64,000 nucleotides of DNA from Octopus sinensis (lineage: Eukaryota): positions 70,866,001 to 70,930,000 of the forward strand of contig NC_043009.1 in assembly GCF_006345805.1 (NCBI RefSeq), written 5' to 3'. Below, one piece after another: positions 51,420 to 64,000 of this stretch. The notes under the pieces are model-generated. The model made no database searches, had not been told where the DNA came from, and worked only from the letters and a program-made list of their open reading frames with translations. Positions within the stretch are counted from its first letter, which is position 1, and every line of letters begins with the position of its first letter. The translations under genes were made by a program, and so were the position numbers.

Positions 51420-53115
51420 CTCTTCCTGTGTCCTAGGGGCGCAAACTAGGATGCCCTTAATGTTGGGGCGCAGCTAAACGAGATCTAACGTTATGCCTGT
51501 TGAATATGGGTCTGTGCCTATGGGAGAAACTGAAATACTTGTCTATTAATTTAAGGAAAAGTCTACCTACGGGAATTATTGTTGTGGGAGTGGGGGGAAC
51601 CAAATCGTATTTCTGCAGCGCTTTCTTCTGCGGCTATTGGGTTCCGGCATGTAGAAGATGCGGTCCCTAAACTCGCTGGCAGCTAGGGTCTCATTATAGT
51701 ACGGGGCTGCTGCATCAAAGACTTCTTGGCTAGAGGAAAGACCCGAATTCCGCTGCGAAACCGAAGGGGTAGTAGATCCAGCCGAGGTTCTAGCATGCCT
51801 TTAATACCTGCCGAAACAATAACGGCCGTAGACATGATAAGAGAGCCAGTAACACAGCCGCCATCACCACGACCACCACAACGGATGGCATCATCGCTAA
51901 CAATAACAGCAACAGAAGCGGCATCACCACCACCACCACCACGAACCTTACCAATGACTTCGCCGACGTCCACGATGCCAGGCTTATTGGCCACTATAGT
52001 AGTAGTAGTAGTAGTAGTAGCAGAGACAACGGATCCAGTTCGATCGCTGGCTAGAACGGCAACAACAGCAGAACCGGCAGTGGCGATAGAACCACTGTCG
52101 CCACCACCACATCATCCACCTCACCCTCCTCCACCACCACCATCACCAGCAACAACACCAGCAGCCTCGACTCCACTAAGAACAATAGCAACACCGGCGC
52201 CGGCGCCTGCAGCACCCCCGACGACAACAACAACAGCAACGCCAACTCCGGCAGCAACAACGACTGCACCAGAATCAACACGCGCAGGAACGAGAATATG
52301 ACTGGTACGAACAGCCCAGCGTCGAGAACACCAGCACCAACGGCAGCAGCGACGACACCACTGGTGGCATCAGCGGCACGGTAGCAGTAACAGCAGCACC
52401 AGAACACCAACAACAGCAGCAGGCGCAACGACATCACGCGCCCACAGAAGTACGTGTGGTACATTGGGAACTCTCTCAAACAACGTATTTCCAATCATCT
52501 GTCCTCCTTCACAGTCCCAGAAAGGAAATAAGTGACATCGCCGGCCAGCCACATCTGGCAATTATGTGACGACGTGATTCCGTACTCGATCACATGGAAA
52601 ATACTCGACAAAACAGGCCCCGGCATCAACGTGACGGAACGGTGAAAGTTATGCATTGCCGAATGCACGAGGATCCTTAAAGACTCGATGGTGCCAGGGA
52701 GCATTCTGAACCCCTGGATGGAGATTTTCGGACTGTGCTTGCAGTTTAGAAAATTCCTGCTGGCCTTTTGGAATCCGTGGCATGACAGCTAGAAAACAAT
52801 TGCCAAAGCCGAAGAGAGACAATCGTTTACCTTCGTGGTGCTTTGGTGACAGCAAGATGGCAACGCGACCGAAGATCGAGGAACAATGGCAAAGGGAGAT
52901 AATCACATAAGGTTTTACCCTTAAAAAGGAAACTTTTCTCTCTCCATATTTTAAAGAGGTCTCAGGCCAGCAGTGTTTAGGGTCTGAAGATACGCCGTAA
53001 GGCTAAACACCTTATGACCGAGAAACCCAAGGTATCCCCATAAACCGGCCTACCCCCATAAACCGGCCTACCCCACTATATCATTAACTGCTTCACATCT
53101 TAGTGTGCTTCTCCT
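51420..53115. mobile_element. Penelope-like element 3' part with an internal inversion, N/S/T-rich linker, GIY-YIG and pLTR
   Basis: Minus 51790->51420 reads LSSSQEVFDAAAPYYNETL...RRRKRCRNTIWFPP...VGRLFLKLIDKYF...IFNRHNV. Plus 51800-52440 is low complexity. Plus 52440-52800 reads YIGNSLKQRISNH...HIWQL...WKILDK...LCIAE...ILNPWMEIFGLC. Confidence 0.85.
52971..53045 (+). ncRNA. Type I hammerhead motif, same family as 31-103
   Basis: AGGGT-CTGAAGA(52984-90)-TACGCC-GTAAGG..CCTTAT..CCGA-GAAA(53022-25)-CCCAAGG-TA-TCCCC; stem I is imperfect. Confidence 0.75.
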
Positions 53116-53137
53116 CCGGATTATGTACTTCTACAAA

Positions 53138-53178
<41 letters not shown>

Positions 53179-55852
53179 TAGACACATACATAGATAGATA
53201 CATACATACATACATTCATACATAAATTGGCATGCGTGTATATATACCTAAAATATGTACATATATACACATTTGTGCAGATATAAACACACATACACAC
53301 ACGTACACACACATCTTTAAACAGGTACAGATAGAGATATAGATAATGACAATCAGAGGGACATTAAATTACGAATAAATTCAAAAATAAAGTGTAAAAT
53401 AAAATATTAAAATGTTTGAAGATAAGTCAAATAAATTGAAATGTAATTAAATAATCAATTATAAACAGTAAAACATTAGACCAAATATGTCATATATAAA
53501 TTATCCTACACCGACAGATCGACTATTACTTTTTATTTTTATTGTTCTTACCATTCTTCAGACCTAATTTATTATCCACAAACAATGAACCCCGGCGTTG
53601 TCCTGATGTTATGACCTACAGCCACATTGTATCATAAATATATATATATATATATATATACAATTTTCGAGTTCAAGCAGAACGTACGCACCCCCACTCC
53701 GTCGTTGCCCGGGTCGGTGATAATAACACCATGACCAACTGGTATGGTATTTCAGTACATTTCTCTAAGGGAAAATTGTACCAATCAGTGAACACAGTGT
53801 GCATCCCGACCAATGAAGGGACACGCAGCGTTTGCGGACTCATGTGTGTAGATGACCTTAGTTTGCACTCGTATAGATGCGCGGTGTTGTTGTTGTCTTC
53901 ACTGAGGTTAACATGTTAGACATTTGTGTTCCATCGCACCACTCGCGTTATAGTAGACGCTCAACCACTGTGAAAAATAGAGATTGTTGAGAAATCTTTA
54001 CGAACTTCACGGCTTATGCAATGAATAGTAGGCCTGACTGTATCCTAATGATGATAAGCAACTCTGCATAAATTGGTTTGAATAACGAGGAAAATGTTAA
54101 AGGCAAGAAAGCTCGAAAGGTTTTAGTCCCTGCTTCACGTCTTTACCACACTGGAACGAATATAGGCTCCTACTGTGCCTAATCCTTGGTGGAAATTAAA
54201 ATATTGAATTTCAACCTGAAAACGCCCCTTTGGCATTCCTGAGTCGTTTGCTACCAAGTAAATCCCAATTACGCCAGAATACGATTCCTTAGGAAATTTT
54301 GTGTTGAAAAAATAGGGTTTTGTGCAAAGAAATTGTATCACAATACTTCAAAGACATCGTTTAACCATGGAATACTGAAGCCGTTTACATTGAAAGTTTA
54401 GCTGTGGCCAAAATGTCATTACTGATGAAAAATGTGCCAATAATTGTTCGGGAAAAGCATGTTTTTTGGTCATTTTCCGTTGACAAATATGGTTTTCTGC
54501 GTCACAAACGCACTTATAACACTCTTTGAACATTGCTGCATTTTTTGACACCGAAAACATAAAAATTAGCAACGTAGAGTAGAAGCAAATCCAAATATTG
54601 CCCCAAAATGTCCTCAAAATTGTGCGACCGAACATCATTTTCAAGGTTATTTTTGGCGTAAAACAGAATTGCTGTAGAAAGAAACATACTTCATTTGGTA
54701 GCCGTAAGATTACTGAATATTTTGATAACTCATACGTCAAAACCGGCAACATACACATCACACACAGACGCTAGCACACAAGCACACACGCACACACAAG
54801 CTCTGTTATATATGTATTGATTCTTCCTTGAATGCTAATGCTATTAATTGCAAAATGCCTACAAAATTGATTGTTTGCAACGAATTACAATTCCAGTTTG
54901 TTTTTTAATAACGGAGTACAATCAGCTCCTGAAATTAGCATCAACAATTTTATCGCTTCCATAATAAACGGCAAATTTGTAACATACATAGAGGTTTGCC
55001 GTTAAGTCCTATCATTGTTACTAACATATTTAGGAAAAAATACACAGCAGAAATAAGATTAAGTAAAACGGAGCTAAATTTTTCACTTGATTTTCTATAA
55101 TAAACAATAATTTATATTGCATTTCAAATCACAATAAGTTGCAACGTTAGGAAATAAAACACAAAAACATGGTAAATATTCCATAATTTTTGCAGTTAAA
55201 TTACTCACGCACAGAATACTGTTTTCAATTCTCAAAAATAGCATTCCACCTCTGCACAGATTCTATTTAATTTATAATATATCAACTATCAAACTATCGA
55301 AAAAGGAGATGATTTCCCTTCGCAAATACAAATCAGATACAGTGTCTTGTTACCCACCTGGAGCAGATGTCTTCCTGGGGCTATAAACAGCAGTAGCATC
55401 GTCCCCTATGGGTCAGCCACATTTAGGTGGCAAATATACTTCACAATAATAATAATCCTTTCTACTAAAGGCACAAGGCCTGAAATTTTGGGGGAGGCGA
55501 CTGGCCAATTACATCAACCCCAGTGTTTCACTGGTTTTTAATTTATCGACCCGAAAAGATGAAAGCAAAGTCGACCTCGGTGGAATTTGAACGCAGAACG
55601 TAGCGACGGACGAAATACCTATTTCTTTACTACCCACAAAGGGCTACACACAGAGAGGACAAACAAAGAGAGACAAACGGATTAAGTTGATTATATCGAC
55701 CCCAGTGCGTAACTGGTACTTAATTTATCGACCCCGAAAGGATAAAAGGCAGAGTCGACCTCAGCGGAATTTGAACTCAGAACCTTACGGCAAACGAAAT
55801 ACAGCTACGCATTTCGCCCGGCGTGCTAACGTTTCTGCCAGCTCGCCGCCTT

Positions 55853-56038
<186 letters not shown>

Positions 56039-57091
56039 GATGTCGAGTAATTGATAAACCTACACTAAAATGATATTTATTGTTTGTGCAAAGATGTCGT
56101 ATATAAGTGTATAGTTGGAACATAAACAGATGTTTCCGTTCGAATTGCACTCAAATATTTTAGGTCAATCGTTAAAGACATTTTTAATTTAAACTGAAAC
56201 GTGTAATCTACAAACTGAGAGAGATCTGTTTTAAAATCTGCCGAATATACACCGTGCAGATGGAGATTGCCCTCTTTATGTATGCCAGGCACATATCTGA
56301 CAATTGCATTACCTCGCTACATCCTCTATTTCCTATACGCATTCTTTTTTTGCTTTGCTTTTTATTCATTTAACCTTGCGCTCAAAACGTAGGTTCCTCT
56401 TTTTGTTTTATTATGACTCAATTATTGGGTTTTGTTATCGCATATATTTCTTTGTTGTTAATTTTTTTACTATACTTTTGCTCCGTTTATATTCACTTTG
56501 TATGTTATATTTACACCAGCAATGGTGATTTGGTTTTACTATTTCAAAACCATTCATGATGAAATGACTTTCACATCATATTCAGCTACATTCATTTAAT
56601 AACTACAATTAATAAATATGTAATTATTACTTGGTTTGTAATGATTTTGTGTAAGATATAGAGAGACAGCTGTAAATAAAATGAAATTTTTGAGAAATAT
56701 TGATGAGATCGTTTGTTTTCTATTCTTTTTAATGCGAGCGTGTGTATAAACAAGTGCTTATCTATTTCATTGTAGGTGATATTAATGCGAATATGTGCAC
56801 GCGCGAGCGTATATATATATATATAATATATATATATATATAACTGTATTTTGCATACATTCATACACATGGGCACAACATACATTTGAGTCTGGTACTT
56901 ACACTATGGAAACGTGCAAACACCCACATCGCTTGTCAAGTGGGTATGGGGAACAAAGACAGACATAAAGACACACGCTTATATATATACGAGAGGTTTC
57001 TTATAGTTTCCGTCTACTAAATCCATTCATTAAGCTTTGTTTGGCCCGAAGTTATAGCAGAAGACACTTGCCACACTGAATCCAGCTCCTG

Positions 57092-57150
<59 letters not shown>

Positions 57151-57209
57151 ATATATATATGAATGTATGGGGGCGTGCATGTACATGTGTGTGAGCATAT
57201 ATATGTTAA

Positions 57210-57425
57210 CTCAGTGTGGGGCGCTGACAGAATAGCTAGCACACCGGAAAAATGTTTAGCGCTATTTCGTCCGGTTTTACGTTCTGAGTTCAAATTCCAC
57301 CGAGGTTGACTTTGCGTTTCATCCTTTCGGATCAATAAAATGAGTACAAGTTGAGCGATGGGGTCAATGTAATTGACTTACGCCTTCCCCCGATATTGCT
57401 GGCCTCGTGCCAAAATTTAAAACCG
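57210..57425 (+). mobile_element. Main-family SINE
   Basis: GCTGACAGAATAGCTAGC...GTTCTGAGTTCAAATTCCACCGAGGTTGAC... Confidence 0.85.
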
Positions 57426-58317
57426 GTTTATGTAAATTTCTATGTGTACATTGGAAAACAGATACATATTAATTACATAATAAATCAATCGATATCGATG
57501 AGAGCATGTACAAAAATAAATCCAACTTGTGGTTAAATGAAAATCAAACAAACCATAATTAGCTTTATCTCTCTGTCGAGACTGGACGGCAACAGAACAC
57601 TGTATCATCTCTTTTCCATAAGATGTTCCCTCTCCTTGCTGCTACGAGATATAAATACATTGGGTCTTTCATTTTAATGCTGAAATGGGTCTCTGCAGAA
57701 ACCATATAACTGTCAATTTGTTAAAGAGTGACTCAAAGGAATTTCCTTCGTTACACACTCACTGATAATTTGATGAAATAATCTGATTGTGACGAAGTAC
57801 TTTGTATAACAAAAATTCATCTTCCATTTATCATTTTTTTCTTTATGTACTTTGCATTCAAATTTCAGTCAATAACTACAACGGGAAATTTAGAAATATA
57901 ATTCGATTTTCACAAATGGAAATTTAGCAGTTCTAAGTTGTGCTCCAAATACAGCACAACAAAAAGATTTAAGTTATATTAAAATAAAAAGTTAGAAGAC
58001 AACTTCTTAAAGGGACCTAAATATTTGTAACTTTATAAAATTTCATCAAATATAAAATCCTAAAATGATTCCCTCTTGCACAAATTCTTCACTAAATGAA
58101 TTTTCTCTTTGTTTTATATTTTGCACATATTTTTTGCTGTTAATGTATAAATTACTTACAATACTGTCAAGAAAAAAAAATTATTTGTGGTGCCCCAGCG
58201 TGACTACAATTTAATGACTGAAGCCAATAAATGATATGTCTTAACTTTATCACTCCTTTAAGTTAAACAATTAATTTCTTCGTGTGTTATTTCTTTTCTT
58301 TTTCCATTTTATGTTAC

Positions 58318-58409
58318 CAGTAACTGTTGACAGAAAGAACCAGTGCACATACTGAGAGCTGATATTCTTCAGCGTTTGCGTGGAGTAGACAGGAACCTCA
58401 GATGGATAT
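58318..58409 (-). other. Candidate 92-nt coding exon
   Basis: Acceptor ctctttattccttaattgaag|, donor G|gtaaca. Single open frame: YPSEVPVYSTQTLKNISSQYVHWFFLSTVT. No homology recognised. Confidence 0.3.
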
Positions 58410-60509
58410 CTTCAATTAAGGAATAAAGAGTATTAAGCTCACGACTACAAAATTTCGTAATTTCCATCAGCTAATTATTATAGGATACAAAAGTTTAGAG
58501 GATTTGTTCTACATGTCACACGTTGTTTATAATTTCCTTGGCTGGTTTCAGTTTGATACTTTGCTTAATTAGTTTCCGAATGTATTTTAGTACAAGTATC
58601 ACCGGCAATATCTCTAAAGCAGGTAGGTAGGCAACGAAATAAGGCTATTGTCTTCTCCAAGGATTTAATAAAGGTTATGTTGGAAATTCCGAAAAAATTA
58701 TGCTGAAGCTCAGGGCGTAGAACGGCAGAAATGCTGAGACTTTAATAACCAAGATAAAACCATTTGCGAAAATAAATAATGAGTTTATCCAATACGATGC
58801 TGAATCTGCACATATTCTAATTCTAGCTCTTATTCACGAACATGTTGTATAACATCATTGATTCTAATTTATTTATCTTTTTTGCAATAGAAACAAAGTG
58901 TTGCATTTTAGTGAAATAAGTAAACAAATTCTGTTTTAAAACAGAGTTACTTTTGTATTGTTTGATGCGTGGTAGTACATGTATTATACACATATTAACT
59001 TAATAAGATATTGCCACTGGTCGAGTTTCATTAAAATATCTGCAATAAATGTGAAATCATTTGGTTATTTATGTTTTGTTTTTCATCTCCTTCTAAATAA
59101 GCTTCCTCTGAACGCAAATATAAGTTGCTATAAATATACAAGTTTTATCGTTCATTAATTTAAAATATTAATTGAAATACAAAATTTGCAGATAAATGTT
59201 TTCGAATAAAAATACTGATTTTACGCATGAATAATACTCTAAATATTACATGTAACCAAAAGAAAAGTTTGTTAAATTTTTAAATTTTCTAGCTTTTATA
59301 CCGAAATAGCTAAGATGAACATTCTACTGCTACGTTTTTAGTAGTTCTTTCTTCCTTAATATAAATTTCAAAATAAACTCTTTTTCAAATTTAGAGACGT
59401 TATTATGAAATACACTCTCAGAATACTCTCCAAATTTACATGTAATTAATGTTTAAGTATTCCCTCCATACATTCGGTTTCCATCCTTTATACGATATTT
59501 CTTCCACTATAACTCCTCTGATGCCATTGATTTCTTGTCGTTTTTATCGAGAATTTCATTTTATTCATAACACCAATTTCTGTCTTCAATATCTCTAACT
59601 TGTTCATATGTATGACAAGCCTCGTTTTCTTCCGTTGCAGTTGGAAAGTCCACACTGGTTAAAGCTTTTCAAAACAAATACATTTTCTAAATATTTCCTC
59701 TCAATAATATAGCAAATAGTTTTACTAAATTGATTGTAAGTTATTTGAACTGAAATAAAAACTGTATTATTGAAAGGAAAAAAACGGAAAAAGGAAATTG
59801 TCCTTTGAATTTTAATGCCTTGTTTCAGGTCATTTCGGTTTCATGAACACAAACCACGCTCGTTGTGGCAACATCTCGCTGAGTCTTTCAATCTCTCATG
59901 CTACCTATTCACTAATGATGTAAGACCAATGATGACAAAAGGAATAGTGTTAAAACAAACTGTACAGATTAGAGAAATCGAACTAGCCTCCTTGATTCAT
60001 TCCATAAAATCTCGCAACTTTTTGTATTCTGTAACCCAAGCCTCGTATGAACAATGCAAAGTCTATAAAAAGTTGCTAACATCTTTGACAAATATGTCCG
60101 ACTAATTTGCAGCTATCACATTTTTCTCTCCAAAACCATTCTTTTTTTCTTTATTTGATCAACAAAACAAGCAACTGATCCGATGTTTGTCGGGTGATTA
60201 CTTAGACACATAATTTGCTTGTAATATCTTTTGTAATGTTATTTTATGTTTTTAATTAATTTTGTCATTGCTTGTTATTTGTTTTGGTTACTTTTTTCAT
60301 CTTGTTTGAGTGCTAAGGGTATGGTGAAGTGGTAGATATTAGAAATGTTGCGGCTAAAGTGGTAGGAAAAGTAAAGCAGTTTTGTCTGATGACGTTGTGA
60401 GTTCAAGTTCCACCGAGATAATTTTGTTATTAACAGAATCCATTACAGAGACATCGATTATGTATCCTGCATTATTGAAGTGAAGTAAGCTTTCCTGTCA
60501 GGCTTTAAG

Positions 60510-60715
60510 CGAAATAACAAATGAGAACGCCGGACAAACTGCTGAGCAGCATTTCATCCGTCTTTACGTTCTGGGTTCAAATTCCGCCGAGGTCGACTTT
60601 GCCTCTTATTCTTTCGGGGTCGATAAACTAAGTACCAGTTGAGCAGAGGGGTCGATGCAGTCGACTAGTCTTCTTCTCCAAAATTTCAGGTCTTGTAGCT
60701 GTAGAAGAAAGGGAT
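60510..60715 (+). mobile_element. Main-family SINE
   Basis: GTTCTGGGTTCAAATTCCGCCGAGGTCGAC...GGGGTCGAT. Confidence 0.85.
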
Positions 60716-62064
60716 CGTCTGCTTAGCGTCTGTGACCGATGAGGGGACACCGACTCTAGAATATTAGCATCTCACACTCTTGGTAGGGGGAGCTGCGAGC
60801 TGATCTAGGTGTATACACACTATTTGTCAACAAGCGAGAGATATATTCTCAGGGACAAAAGGCGGTGAGTAGCTTGTTCCCCAGTTCGAACGTGCATAAG
60901 GCATACTCAGACTGATAATAAAATTGCAATTTGCTATTAGAATGCTGCAAGGTTTTGCTGAAGGAACTGTGACCGTCCTGACTGCAGAACAGATTGATTC
61001 GGGACAAAGTACCAAGAGAGACAAATTACACGGAAATTTAAACAAACTGATTCTTTGCTGCATTCCAAATCTAATTTTTAAGTAACATAATTTCGTGAAT
61101 GTTTTACCTGCACCATCATTTCACTGGACTGAATCATTCAAATAATGGTCTGTTCTCATCACTAAGAGTAACTAAATTTTGCATCATCACTTTATTGTTA
61201 TTATGTCTCCACGTCCTCGCTATATATGCTCGAAATAGCAGCCAATTCTCTCTCCAGTCACCTCTTCTATTTAAAATCAAAAACGATATATTAACCAAAT
61301 TGATTATAGCTGCAATATGTGTCTATATCGCTCAGAATGCTTACAACTGAAATACCGTTGATCATAAGCCTGTTTGATCAGAGCTGATCTTAAAGCAATC
61401 AGCATATGTTAAGATAAATCATTCATTTAAAAATATAATTTGATTCTTGTGAGAATATAATGAGACGTAATTAAACATTACAACGCGTTTTAAAAGGTAC
61501 CCTACCGATATTGCAATTCGGAATGTGAATATAGTACGTGCGATGCCTAAATATCTGCCGCCAAACATTTTTATTCCTAAAACTGTACAACGCTCAGTAA
61601 AGGACTTATTTAATACTTCTACAATTTAAGCAGTACTTACAATCGCTCTGTATTTACTTTGCAGCAATAGAGAGAAAGTCACAGTTGGTGTTTAAAACTG
61701 TCGATTATATTAAAGTCAGTACGTACTTCCACTCTACCCCAAACCACCCCTTTTTTTATCTTTCCTGCATTATTAATATGTAAAATTAATTCTGTTGGGA
61801 TTTCGAATTCTTAATATAAAAGGACTTTAATTAAATACAACAATATTTGTAGTCTAATACCCAATATTCGTTGCCTCTTTTGGTATCTCGCAGAATCAAG
61901 GCTCAAACCACAGATTTTAAGGAACAGACCATTGAATAAAGTAAATTCGTATCATTGAATGGTATCCGCTTTTCGTATTTGTATAGGGACACCAGAAACA
62001 TCCTACGACCCACCACACTTAGATGCCAATATTTGTGCCAACATTTACTGAAGCAATTTAGAGC

Positions 62065-62585
62065 AGTAATATTGGTTTCAAAGTTTGGCACAAAGACAGC
62101 AGCTTTGGAAGAGGGGTAAGTCAATTGCATCAACCCCAGTACCCAACTGGTACTTCTTTTATCGACTCCGGAAGGATTAAAGGCAAAGCCGACGGTTCCG
62201 CTGCACGCAGCTTTATTCAGGTCTGTCATATTTCGTCCGTTCTGAGCTCAAATTCCGCCGAGGCCTATTGTACCTTTCGTCCTCAAGGGTTGATAAGTAC
62301 CAGTTATACAGTGGGGTCATTGTATTTGATTTGACTTATGCCATAATTTGAAACCAATGTTAGTCGTTCTAAGTGAGGGTGGTGAGCTGGCAAAATCGTT
62401 GGAGCGCTGGGCCAAGTGTTTAGCGGCATTTATCCGTTTTTACGTTCTGATTTCAAATTCCGTCAAGGTCGACTTCCCCTTTCGTCCTTTCAGGATCGAT
62501 AAAATAATGCCAGTCGAGCATTTACTCACTCCTTGCCTCGAAATTTCTCACCTTGTACCACCATTTGAAACCAATATTAGGAACT
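62065..62585. mobile_element. Cluster of three main-family SINE copies in mixed orientation
   Basis: A minus copy at ~62065-62200 and plus copies at ~62215-62335 and ~62370-62580, all with B-box-like segments. Confidence 0.8.
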
Positions 62586-62832
62586 AATTGTTTTTATTGT
62601 TAATTCCAAGTCAGCACTGACGGAACGCAATATGAATAGAAGAATTCCAAGCATGACCATCCTGTCATTTCCTGCATGGTTTTCTTTCACTACATTACTC
62701 TACATGTTTTACCTTAAAACAGATAGAAATTGTGAATTATGAGAGAGTTGGTTGCTATATCTAGCAAGTCGGGTTACAACGTGCATTTTTCCCTAATTGA
62801 TTCCCCTGTAGTAGTAGTAGAAGAAGAAGAAG

Positions 62833-62937
<105 letters not shown>

Positions 62938-63470
62938 GGTGCTACGTCTTCCGACGTCTTTTTCTCCGATGATTCTTTGTCCAACGACTTTTTGACCAAT
63001 TTTAAATAAACTCGTTAGAAAACAAGATGAAATATCTCTAATGATATTTTCACAGAACTACAAGAAGCCTCGTCATAGGATTATTATTATCGATCTTTTT
63101 CCTTCTCTATTAACAGCTTTACTTTCTCTTTTTCCTTCTCTTTCTAATGTTTGGTGCTATGCATAGAGAGTGCTGCAAATATAGTGTGCACATTTTTTAT
63201 TTACCCATTCCGAAATGACAAAGGTCATAGTATTTACCAAAAACAAAAGAAAAGTAATTGATTAAAGTAATTACATCTACGATTTTCGTTCAAGCAATAA
63301 AAAAACTAGAGAAAGAATACTGGAGTTGTGAGAAAAGAAGGCTGTGTTCAGTGCGGACTTCACACGGAAGCGGAAAACACTAGGACGAAAGTTATTTAGG
63401 CTGAATTACACCGCTTACGTAGACTTGACTGTGTTTGCGTGTGTCTATATATATATATACATATATATAT

Positions 63471-63562
<92 letters not shown>

Positions 63563-63679
63563 ATAAATATTAATATTGATTTTATATAGAATAGAAACAA
63601 ATATCGGACGAACAAATAGCATTAACATTAAAAAAACGGAGATAAATTATTACTGTCACCAAATAAATTATTGCTGTCA

Positions 63680-64000
63680 CCGTTGTGAGAGGACGTAGTG
63701 CTCGCCGAAAGAGAGCGCCACCTACATTCCTGATAGCTGTATTGAATGTTAATTTTCATGATCTTCCCAGAACAAAAAAATGTCGCCGAAGGGTTTCATT
63801 CTGCGATAAAACGTTCGGCGGGTGGAGCACATTCGAATATTTGGAAATTAATCAAAACTCTGGAGGAAGAGGAAGAGTTTCGTTCACGCTAAAATGACTG
63901 AAATTCTTCGAAGAGATCCGTTGAATTCGTGTACACGATATCGAAGAATAGCTGAACGCCTCAAAAGATTGGCCATTCAGTATGGGTTAACAAGGAAAAA
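63680..64000 (+). mobile_element. Mutator (MULE) transposase C-terminal fragment
   Basis: APPTFLIAVLNV...DLPRT, then AEGFHSAIKRSAGGAHSNIWKLIKTLEEEE and YRRIAERLKRL, resembling the PRTNNxxEGxH...HPNIWxxI motif; frameshifted and runs off the window. Confidence 0.75.

Noticed and set aside
51726-52301. 191-aa Pro/Thr-rich ORF as a mucin-like gene
   Set aside because: It spans the inversion junction and low-complexity linker of a Penelope-like element.
54135-54761. 137-aa and 68-aa minus-strand ORFs as a gene
   Set aside because: No recognisable motif in any of six frames and no convincing splice signals; left unannotated.
59430-59660. Protein-like minus frame ALTSVDFPTATEENEACHTYEQVRDIED
   Set aside because: It is interrupted by stops, has no clear donor and no recognisable family; insufficient support.
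60725-60770. CCGATGA-GG..CC as another U4C hammerhead
   Set aside because: GAAA is absent and stem I does not pair.

Overview
AT-rich, microsatellite-dense animal genomic DNA, very likely cephalopod (Octopus-like). This assignment is inferred from the recurrent tRNA-derived SINE families and the (TA)n/(ATAC)n load. No intact host gene is recognisable; only a few candidate exons were found. The window is dominated by decayed mobile elements: Penelope-like elements (RT-thumb/GIY-YIG fragments and pseudo-LTRs), R4/Dong-type RLE LINEs, two Tx1/L1-derived elements (one internally deleted, one ORF1-only), a CR1-group LINE tail, a non-autonomous Helitron, mariner and MULE remnants, two MITEs and many SINEs. 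The strongest hidden signal is RNA structure: about a dozen type I hammerhead ribozyme (HHR) motifs on both strands. Five of them, from four unrelated sequence families, read CCGANGA/CCGAUAA instead of the canonical CUGANGA core (U4C). One HHR lies in the tail of a tRNA-headed SINE-like unit. All calls were made by eye and by manual translation; repeat boundaries are approximate.
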